Shown here piece after piece: positions 56,653 through 63,781 of a stretch of DNA of 63,781 nucleotides. Within the stretch, counting starts at the first letter, position 1. Every line of letters begins with the position of its first letter. Made by a program: the position numbers and the translations under genes. Source of the DNA: a virus (taxonomy: Duplodnaviria > Caudoviricetes); IMG/VR virus record IMGVR_UViG_3300038309_000160, positions 1 to 63,781 of that record. One strand, given 5' to 3'. The notes beneath the pieces were generated by a model, which saw only the letters and a program-made list of their open reading frames with translations, searched no databases and was not told where the DNA came from.

Positions 56653-56877
56653 ATGTCTCTTTTAAAAAGAACTTTAGGTTTCTTAGGTGCTAATTCTGAT
56701 GAAGATTTAGAATCTTTAAAGGTTAAAAAAGTTAAAAAAATAAAAGCTAAGCCAGTTGCATTAAATCAATTGGATGATACTTCTTCTGTGGAGCCTAAAA
56801 TTCAAGCAGGTAGTTATATTTTACCAAAAAAGGTTGTTAGAAAAAGACTAGATGATGCAGGAAGCTGGAAAGATTAA
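56653..56877 (+). CDS. Hypothetical protein
   Basis: AGGAG RBS. Confidence 0.55.
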   Translation: MSLLKRTLGFLGANSDEDLESLKVKKVKKIKAKPVALNQLDDTSSVEPKIQAGSYILPKKVVRKRLDDAGSWKD

Positions 56878-56904
56878 GAAAATAAAGAAATTAGGAGATG
56901 AAAA

Positions 56905-57129
56905 ATGAGCATTACAAAAGAACAATTTGAGGAATGGAAAACACACCCAGTAACACTTGAAGTTTATAAAGAAATAAATTTTGTTAAAGAAGCTCTTGAA
57001 AGAGATCTCGGATCAGGTATTACAGTATCTAATGAAAATTCAGACATTACACAAGGATTAACATGTAGGTTGGTGGGCCAAATTGCAGGGTTAAATCAAT
57101 TGTTAAACCTCGAATATGAGGATGAGTAA
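56905..57129 (+). CDS. Conserved head-module hypothetical protein
   Basis: FEEWKTHPVT...GQIAGL motif between portal and GroES. Confidence 0.65.
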   Translation: MSITKEQFEEWKTHPVTLEVYKEINFVKEALERDLGSGITVSNENSDITQGLTCRLVGQIAGLNQLLNLEYEDE

Positions 57130-57170
57130 CAATTGAAAAAGAGTAATAACTTTAGTTTAAGGAGATAATT

Positions 57171-57491
57171 ATGAAGAACATCAATTTATCAGGAATCACC
57201 CCATCTGGTGGACATATCTTGGTTCTTCCAGATCCAGTGAAAGAGGTAACAAAAGGTGGAATTTTCCTACCTGAAACTGTTCGTGAAAAAGAACAGCAAG
57301 CAGCAACTTCTGGAAAAGTTATATCTGTTGGAAAATCTGCTTGGGCTGATCTTGATGATGGTCACGCATGGGCCAAGGTTGGTGATCGAGTATGTTATGG
57401 CCGATATGCAGGTATGACAATAACTGGCCAGGATGGAGTCAATTACACCTTACTAAACGATAATGATGTTCTTGCTGTATTATCTTTTTAA
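57171..57491 (+). CDS. groES: Co-chaperonin GroES-like protein
   Basis: PSGGHILV, TKGGIFLPE mobile loop, GKVISVG, KVGDRVCYGRYAG. Confidence 0.9.
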   Translation: MKNINLSGITPSGGHILVLPDPVKEVTKGGIFLPETVREKEQQAATSGKVISVGKSAWADLDDGHAWAKVGDRVCYGRYAGMTITGQDGVNYTLLNDNDVLAVLSF

Positions 57492-57503
57492 AGGAGAGTT
57501 ATT

Positions 57504-58412
57504 ATGTCAGAAGAATTTGTTGCAGATATTTTGAGTACAAAAACAGAAAAAGAATCTGTTGTTGATGAACCTCTTGATAAGGAAACTCCTATTGAGAAGC
57601 CTGCTACTGAAAAAGAGTCAACAGATGCTGTTACCCCTCCTGAAGATAAATTAAAAGAGGATTCTGTAAAGACTCCAACTATTGAAGAGTTGGCTATTCA
57701 AATTGGTTGGAATCCTAATCATAAAGGAGATGATTCTGTTGATGCAGCTACATATATTTTGAAATCTCGTGAAATTCAAAATACTATGAAGCTGAATAAT
57801 AAAGATCTTAAAAATCAGCTTTTAAATATGCAAAGTTCAATTGAAGCTTTAAAAGAACATAATGAAAGAGTCTATAAAGCTGAATTGAAACAAAAAGAAG
57901 CTGAAATTGCTAATTTGAAGAAAGAAAAACTTGCTGCAGTTGAGCTGGCTGATGTCAAAAAAGTAACTGAAATTGATGAACAAATTGAAAACATCAAAAA
58001 AGATTTAACTCAAGCACAGATAAAAAAAGATACTCCGGTAAGTAATCCTGATTTTGATGAATGGATCAAGGATAATCAATGGTATTTAACTGATGATGAA
58101 ATGGCAAAGTTTGCCGAAACTGTGGCGGAGCAATATCAAGGAGCTCCTAGAGCTCGGGTTTATAAAATAATTCGTCAGAAAGTTGCTGAAGTGTTTCCTG
58201 AAAAATTTGAAACACCTGCTAATCCAAAGAAAGAAAAACCAATTGGTCCAGCAAGTCCTGTTGAAGCACCTACAAAAACGACGGTTGCTTCAAAGTTTAC
58301 TAAAGCTGACTTGTCTCCTGAACAACTTAGTATTATGAAACAGTTTGTCTCACAGGGAATTATGACTGAAGAACAGTATATTAATGATATTGCTAAACTA
58401 CAAGGAGCTTAA
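57504..58412 (+). CDS. Capsid scaffolding protein
   Basis: Acidic N-terminus, coiled coil, WIKDNQWY, C-terminal LSPEQ...GIMTEEQY. Confidence 0.7.
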   Translation: MSEEFVADILSTKTEKESVVDEPLDKETPIEKPATEKESTDAVTPPEDKLKEDSVKTPTIEELAIQIGWNPNHKGDDSVDAATYILKSREIQNTMKLNNKDLKNQLLNMQSSIEALKEHNERVYKAELKQKEAEIANLKKEKLAAVELADVKKVTEIDEQIENIKKDLTQAQIKKDTPVSNPDFDEWIKDNQWYLTDDEMAKFAETVAEQYQGAPRARVYKIIRQKVAEVFPEKFETPANPKKEKPIGPASPVEAPTKTTVASKFTKADLSPEQLSIMKQFVSQGIMTEEQYINDIAKLQGA

Positions 58413-58414
58413 CC

Positions 58415-58855
58415 ATGACTGAGGATAAAAAAACCGAAAATAAGGGTACTTCTACTGAGAACAAAGAGGGCTTGATTAAGAAGCAGGAAAGAAAACGTGT
58501 TCCTCTAAGAACGCGGAATATTTTAACTGCACCGAAAAGACCCGGATTCGTGCGCCGAATTGTGAATGATAAAGGTGATCGAGTTCAGCGTTTTAAAGAT
58601 GCTGGATACTCGATTGTCGAAGAAGAAACGCAAGTTGGGGATCCTAAAATTGGCAGAGCTACCCAGCTTGGTGGTGATGTAAGACTTCATGTTGGCGGTG
58701 GTATGCGGGCAGTTTTAATGGAGATTCCTGAAGAATTCTATAATGAGGATTTTAAAGCTGCACAAGACAAAATTTCTCAAGTAGAAAATGAAATTCGCCG
58801 AAGTGAACGAAGCAAATCTTCTGATGGTCTTACAGGAAATGTTGAAATTTCTTAA
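58415..58855 (+). CDS. Conserved head-module protein
   Basis: RPGFVRRIVND...GYSIV...VLMEIPEEFY; between scaffold and capsid genes. Confidence 0.6.
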   Translation: MTEDKKTENKGTSTENKEGLIKKQERKRVPLRTRNILTAPKRPGFVRRIVNDKGDRVQRFKDAGYSIVEEETQVGDPKIGRATQLGGDVRLHVGGGMRAVLMEIPEEFYNEDFKAAQDKISQVENEIRRSERSKSSDGLTGNVEIS

Positions 58856-58875
58856 AATTTTAGTGAGGTAAAATT

Positions 58876-59463
58876 ATGTCTAATTTAGATCGACCGGCCG
58901 GATTTAAACCGGTAAAACATTTGAATGGCTCACCTTATAATGGGCAGGCGAATGTTTATTACATTCCTGCTACGGATGCGACGGCTACTTTTATTGGGGA
59001 TGCTGTTAAAAGTGCTGGTGCTGCTGATACTCTTGGTATGTATCCGACTGTTCAGCAAGCTGCTGCAGGTGAAACTATTCGTGGTGTCATTATTGGCTTT
59101 GGTTTGTCTCCTGAAGTTATGGGAAATCCAGACAATGTCAATATGAAGTATCGTGCTGCCTCTACGGCTATGTATTGTCTGGTTGTAGATGATCCGACTG
59201 TTATCTTTGAAATCCAGGAAGATAGTGTAGGCAATACGATTACGGCTGCAATGGTAGGACTTTCTACTGATATTGTTGTTGGGTCTGGATCTACTACTAC
59301 CGGCAAAAGCGGTATGGAGCTTGATTCCAGTGATACTGCAACTGCTGCTGGACAGTGTAAAATTCTGCGTGCAGTAAATCGGCCTGACAATGAACTTGGT
59401 GACCATTGTAAATGGGAAGTTCTTATCATTGAACATGAAATGCTCTCTTCTACTGACGTTTAA
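58876..59463 (+). CDS. Capsid decoration/stabilising protein
   Basis: PAGFKPV...IFIGD-like...DDPTVIFEIQ...TGKSGMEL; directly before the major capsid gene. Confidence 0.6.
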   Translation: MSNLDRPAGFKPVKHLNGSPYNGQANVYYIPATDATATFIGDAVKSAGAADTLGMYPTVQQAAAGETIRGVIIGFGLSPEVMGNPDNVNMKYRAASTAMYCLVVDDPTVIFEIQEDSVGNTITAAMVGLSTDIVVGSGSTTTGKSGMELDSSDTATAAGQCKILRAVNRPDNELGDHCKWEVLIIEHEMLSSTDV

Positions 59464-59495
59464 TTGATGAGCATTTTAATTAAGGAGGTGTCCTA

Positions 59496-60416
59496 ATGGG
59501 CGTTATTTCAACCAGTAATTTTGCAAAAGACCTTGTGCCGGGAGTAAAAACCTGGTTTGGGCAGAAGTATAATGAATATCCTATTGAGTTTTTGGATATT
59601 TTTGAAAAAGTTAATTCCAATCGTGCTTATGAAGAAGAAGCTGGGGTTACTGGCTTTGGGCTGGCGGCAGTTAAAACTGAAGGTAATGGTATTGCGTATG
59701 ACTCTCAAGAACAGGGTTTTGTTTCTCGATATACGCATGTTACCTATGGTTTGGGCTTTATCATCACTCGTGAAATGTATGAAGATGGTATTGCCGTGAC
59801 TGTTGCCTTGCGTCGAGCTAATGCGTTGGCTTTTTCCATTCGGCAGACCAAGGAAATCATTGCTGCTAATGTACTTAATCGGGCGTTCAATAGTTCTTAT
59901 ACTATGGGAACTAATTCTGATGGTGTAGAATTGTGTTCTACTGCACATCCGAATAAGTCTGGTGGTACTTGGTCAAATGAACTTACTACGGCTGCTGATT
60001 TGAGTGAAGCTGCCTTGGAGCAGGCATGTATCGACATTGCTGGGTTCACGACTGATCGTGGACTTACCATTGCAATTATGCCTCAGCAGTTGATTATTCC
60101 TGCAGAGCTGGAGTTTGATGCCTTTCGGATTCTTGAATCTCTGGGGCAGTCTGGTACTGCGAATAATGACATCAATGCTCTGCGTGCTTCAAAGAAGTTT
60201 CCGAAAGGCATTGCGGTTAATCATTATCTTACGGATACTGACGCTTGGTTTATTAAAACCAATTGTCCGGATGGTTTGAAGTATATGGAACGCCGGGCTG
60301 ATGCGTTTGGTACCGAGCAGGATTTCGATACTGAAAATGCCAAATTTAAAGCGACGTTCCGTGGATCTTTTGGTTGGTCTGATCCTCGGGGAATCTTCGG
60401 ATCTCCTGGGGCGTAA
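59496..60416 (+). CDS. Major capsid protein
   Basis: 306 aa; SNRAYEEE..VTGFG.A.VKTEG, YGLGFIITRE, LSEAALE, YLTDTDAWF, FGWSDPRGIFGS; AAGGAGG RBS. Confidence 0.88.
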   Translation: MGVISTSNFAKDLVPGVKTWFGQKYNEYPIEFLDIFEKVNSNRAYEEEAGVTGFGLAAVKTEGNGIAYDSQEQGFVSRYTHVTYGLGFIITREMYEDGIAVTVALRRANALAFSIRQTKEIIAANVLNRAFNSSYTMGTNSDGVELCSTAHPNKSGGTWSNELTTAADLSEAALEQACIDIAGFTTDRGLTIAIMPQQLIIPAELEFDAFRILESLGQSGTANNDINALRASKKFPKGIAVNHYLTDTDAWFIKTNCPDGLKYMERRADAFGTEQDFDTENAKFKATFRGSFGWSDPRGIFGSPGA

Positions 60417-60425
60417 GTAATTGTT

Positions 60426-60439
60426 GTTCATCTGTGAAC
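60426..60439. repeat. GTTCA-N4-TGAAC palindrome
   Basis: GTTCATCTGTGAAC, just after the capsid stop codon. Confidence 0.8.
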
Positions 60440-60517
60440 AGCAAGTAGTTTAATTATCACTTAATCTGGTGGCCCCCTGAAATATGGGGGCTACTGCTCT
60501 TAAAGGAGTGGATTAAA

Positions 60518-61492
60518 ATGGCTACTACGAATTTTCCTAATGGTATTTCAAGTATGGGTATGCCTGTTTATGGGAGTGGCATGCCTCCTGGGTTGACCGA
60601 AGTTTTCTTTGTTGATTATGGCAATGGTTCTGACGGAGTGAGTAAAAAGTCTAATTCCTTTACTCGGCCGTGGAAAACTTTGGCTTATGCGGAAACTCAG
60701 ATTACGACAAACAAAGATCAAGGTATTGCTTTGATGGGAAGTAGCACTCATACCTTGACCGAAATGCTGACTATTGATAAGAATAGAATGCATATTTTTG
60801 GCTATGATCCTGGTAATCGTTACTGTGGACAGAATGCCAAAGTAAGTCTTGGTGTAACTACTGCTGCAACAGATATTGGAACCATTCTTAATACAGGTGT
60901 TCGAAATACTTTTCAAAACATTAAATTTATGAACAGTAACACTGTTGCTGAAGGAATTTATTGTTTTCTTGATGGTGGAGAATATACTGTTATTAATGGT
61001 TGTGAAATTTATAAAGATACTGATCTTGACGTTACTGGTGCAGCTGAACTTGTAATGAATGGTGATAGTTCTTTGGTAATAAATTCTGTTATTGGTTCGA
61101 ATGTTAATGCTATTTCTGGAGCTATTGTTCGGGCAAATGTTCTGTTTACTGCCGGTTTGGCAGCGGCTGGAAAAGTGGCCAGGGATGTCAAGTTTGAAAA
61201 CTGTACATTCTGGAAAAAGGCTGGCAATGTGGCTAACCGTTATATGTATGGTGCTAATGCAACTGACATTGAGCGGATGCTGCATGTTAAAGATTGTCTC
61301 TTTTTCAATACCAAACTTGCTACAGCTTTGCCTGCGCAGTGTGTAGCCTTTGGAGCTGAACAAACTCAAGGTTTTGCTTTGCTGGATAATTGTGTTTCTA
61401 TTAACAATACGAAACTGTCAACAACTACGGGTGTTTACATTCAGGGTGTTGTTCCTACTTATGCTACTTCTGGAATTTCTGTAGCTTCTTAA
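60518..61492 (+). CDS. Parallel beta-helix virion protein (head fibre/spike)
   Basis: MATTNFPNGISS leader; FFVD...PWKTLAYA; repeated beta-helix turns. Confidence 0.6.
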   Translation: MATTNFPNGISSMGMPVYGSGMPPGLTEVFFVDYGNGSDGVSKKSNSFTRPWKTLAYAETQITTNKDQGIALMGSSTHTLTEMLTIDKNRMHIFGYDPGNRYCGQNAKVSLGVTTAATDIGTILNTGVRNTFQNIKFMNSNTVAEGIYCFLDGGEYTVINGCEIYKDTDLDVTGAAELVMNGDSSLVINSVIGSNVNAISGAIVRANVLFTAGLAAAGKVARDVKFENCTFWKKAGNVANRYMYGANATDIERMLHVKDCLFFNTKLATALPAQCVAFGAEQTQGFALLDNCVSINNTKLSTTTGVYIQGVVPTYATSGISVAS

Positions 61493-61503
61493 TGGTTGGG
61501 GCA

Positions 61504-61549
61504 TATTCATTAGAGCAGGTTTCTCTCCCTTTTCCTGCTCTAATGAATA
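61504..61549. terminator. 16-bp stem hairpin after the beta-helix gene
   Basis: TATTCATTAGAGCAGG ... CCTGCTCTAATGAATA. Confidence 0.55.
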
Positions 61550-61567
61550 CCCTAATTTGAGGTCATT

Positions 61568-61876
61568 ATGTCTTATATCCCCGGTGATTATTTTGTTATT
61601 TGTGATCGTTGTGGGTTTCAACGACTTGCTTCTGAATGTCGTATGACCTGGGATAACTGGTTTGTCTGTGCTGATACTTGTTGGGAACCTAAACATGAAC
61701 ACTTCAATCCACCTAAGCCGTTAGGAGAAAAACAGTCTGTTCCAGTGTTAAGAAAAGAAAGTTCGTTGAATTTTCTTGATTCTGTTGATGAAGAAACATT
61801 GGAACCAACTGTCACTCCTACTGATCCAGAAGATGGATATTTCATAACCACTCCTATTACTGGAGATGATTTATAA
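61568..61876 (+). CDS. Conserved Cys-containing head-completion-region protein
   Basis: ICDRCGF...WDNWFVC...CWEPKH. Confidence 0.65.
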   Translation: MSYIPGDYFVICDRCGFQRLASECRMTWDNWFVCADTCWEPKHEHFNPPKPLGEKQSVPVLRKESSLNFLDSVDEETLEPTVTPTDPEDGYFITTPITGDDL

Positions 61877-62523
61877 TGCAACTTTCTGAACTTCGTACAA
61901 AAGTAGTTAATATTATTCAAGATGAATCATTCACTTCAGATGATATTGATGGTTATTTAAATGAAGTTCAACAAGAAGTTGCTGGAGGAATACAGTCTTC
62001 TTTAGGATCTTGGATAACTCCTCCACTTCCTGCTCTATTAACTATTGATACAATTACCACAGAAACAGATGTTGCTTATGTTGATATGCCGGCTACTTTT
62101 CAACGTAATCTTCAATTTGTTGCTTCTTCTGATGGTAATGAAATCGACATTGCTGAATCTTTCATATCTTTTGTTGAAACATATCCGTTACTTGATAAAT
62201 CAGGCACTGTAACTGAATGTTGTGAGTTTGGTAATCTTTTTTATTACCAAGGCATTCCTACTTCTGCGGCTACTATAACGCTTCATTTTTATCGCTTTCC
62301 AGTTGACATGGAAGATGATACTGACGAGCCTGATGGTATTCCAAGTCATTTACATCGAGGATTATTAGTTAACGGTGCTTGCTGGAAAATCTTTGAACTT
62401 ATTGAAGATAGTACTGATGGAAATAAACCAAATACTGAAAAATATATGAATTTATTTCTCTCTGCGACAAGAACACTTGAGCTTACAATTCCTTATGAAA
62501 ATAGGACTTTAAACTTACGCTAA
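61876..62523 (+). CDS. Head-tail adaptor protein
   Basis: LSELRTKV...YLNEVQQEV...IPSHLHRGLLVNGA pattern and position. Confidence 0.7.
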   Translation: MQLSELRTKVVNIIQDESFTSDDIDGYLNEVQQEVAGGIQSSLGSWITPPLPALLTIDTITTETDVAYVDMPATFQRNLQFVASSDGNEIDIAESFISFVETYPLLDKSGTVTECCEFGNLFYYQGIPTSAATITLHFYRFPVDMEDDTDEPDGIPSHLHRGLLVNGACWKIFELIEDSTDGNKPNTEKYMNLFLSATRTLELTIPYENRTLNLR

Positions 62524-63781
62524 TGGCTGATATTGAACTTAGAAACTTTCTTGGAATGAATAATGTCAATCCGACATTTTCAACTAAAGAAGGTATTGTT
62601 CCAAAGATCTTACTTAATTCATATCCGAATGAAGCTGGGCAATTAATTAAGCGAGAAGGCTTTGAACTTTTTTTAACTCTTGCTGGAGCACATAGTTTAA
62701 AAGCTTTTGAATCTTGTATGTTATGCGCTGCACAAGGAAAATTATATGAAGTTAGTACAGGCACAGCTGTAGAACTTACTACTATTGATGGGCCTGCGGA
62801 TGAAATCAATGGACGAATTGATTATGTCTTATGTAAAGATAAGATCTATATCTCTAATCCTTATTGGAAATGTGTTTTAGATCCTACAGATAATTCTGTT
62901 TCTTCTTGGGGAATTACTCTTCCTCCTGGGCCTATGCTTACAGTTACTACAGGTAACTTACCCGCAGGAACATATAATGTTTGTTTCACCAATGTAAGTG
63001 GGGGATTTATTTCTGGTAATGGACCGATTCAATCGATTACTTTATCTTCTGAAATGGGGATATCAATATTAAATCGTCCTGCAAATGCTCTTGTTTGGGC
63101 AACAGATAAGAATGAGCCTGTATTTTATAGGATTGGAGCTACTGATAAAATTGTAAGCATTCCAACTATTGAACCATTACCCACCTTCCTTTGCAGCCCT
63201 CCTCTTAATATGATTTGTCTTTGTTATGCTTTTGGACGTCTTTGGGGAGCTGATGGACAAAATCTTTATTGTAGTGAACCATATCGGTTAGATCTTTTTA
63301 ATTTAAATACAAATAAATTTAAATTCAATTCAGATATTACAATTATTGCAAAAGTACCTACAGGATTATTTATTGGCACAGAAGAGGAGACACGATTTCT
63401 TGCTGGAACTGAACCAGATAAAATGGTGGAGACTTCTGTTGGGGCAGGATCAGTAAGAGGTACTTTAGAATATTGCAATAATCTTCCATATCTGGCAGAC
63501 ATATTAGGAACGTCTGAAAAAGTTTTTTCTGATGTACCTCTTTGGAGAACTCATGAGGGTATTGTTGCAGGGAATATTACAGGGCGTTTATTTAATCTTA
63601 CCAAAGATAAATTGAGGTTAGGAAAAGTTTCTAGAGGAGCATCTTTACATCATCAACTTGAGGGTTATTTTACGTACTTAACAAGTGCCGTTGCTGTAAA
63701 TAATGGAAACGTTGATATTGAAACATTAACTGCTTTAAAAAATAGTAAATTGGCTACTAACAACATTTCAAGAAAACTTTT
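62523..63781 (+). CDS. Tail nozzle / DNA-stabilisation protein (442 aa, continuing to position 169; absent from ORF track)
   Basis: MADIELRNFLGMNNV...GQLIKREGF...AFGRLWGA...LYCSEP; the frame joins 2-169 across the terminal overlap. Confidence 0.7.
   Translation, partial: MADIELRNFLGMNNVNPTFSTKEGIVPKILLNSYPNEAGQLIKREGFELFLTLAGAHSLKAFESCMLCAAQGKLYEVSTGTAVELTTIDGPADEINGRIDYVLCKDKIYISNPYWKCVLDPTDNSVSSWGITLPPGPMLTVTTGNLPAGTYNVCFTNVSGGFISGNGPIQSITLSSEMGISILNRPANALVWATDKNEPVFYRIGATDKIVSIPTIEPLPTFLCSPPLNMICLCYAFGRLWGADGQNLYCSEPYRLDLFNLNTNKFKFNSDITIIAKVPTGLFIGTEEETRFLAGTEPDKMVETSVGAGSVRGTLEYCNNLPYLADILGTSEKVFSDVPLWRTHEGIVAGNITGRLFNLTKDKLRLGKVSRGASLHHQLEGYFTYLTSAVAVNNGNVDIETLTALKNSKLATNNISRKL
63683..63781. 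repeat. Terminal direct repeat, identical to 1-99
   Basis: Exact match. Confidence 0.95.

Noticed and set aside
58930-61369. Long antisense ORFs (58930-59436, 59508-59948, 60548-61369) and similar shadow ORFs elsewhere
   Set aside because: They lie opposite well-supported structural genes and have no RBS or recognisable motifs.
1-63781. Alternative genetic code or stop-codon reassignment
   Set aside because: Core genes are full length in the standard bacterial code; only one isolated in-frame TGA was noticed.

Overview
The window looks like one complete, circularly permuted dsDNA tailed-phage genome of 63,682 bp; bases 63683-63781 repeat bases 1-99 exactly. It is podovirus-like and AT-rich. 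The + strand arm (51872 to the end, then 1-20674) carries TerS, P22-type TerL, portal, GroES, scaffold, capsid, adaptor and nozzle genes, tail and ejection proteins, a 2249-aa polyvalent protein and a lysis module. The - strand arm (about 20830-50692) carries small early genes and a replication/nucleotide module: UvrD-like helicase, PD-(D/E)XK nuclease, Sak4-like ATPase, SSB, NAD-dependent ligase, ParB-HTH-methyltransferase fusion, UDG-fused intein-containing PolA, DEDDh exonuclease and ThyX. I see no integrase, repressor, tRNA, CRISPR array or reverse transcriptase. The most striking unexplained structures are: (1) two integron-type gene-cassette arrays (four small ORFs, three complete attC hairpins and one half site), each preceded by the same 32-bp attI-like or degenerate-attC sequence, with no integron integrase in the genome; (2) a 14-bp parS-like palindrome GTTCA-N4-TGAAC found 7 times, alongside the ParB-HTH-MTase; (3) four tandem sigma-54 boxes with IHF-like and enhancer-like sites in the divergent control region; (4) a ~160-nt multi-stem candidate ncRNA. 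All product calls come from motif recognition by eye, not database searches.
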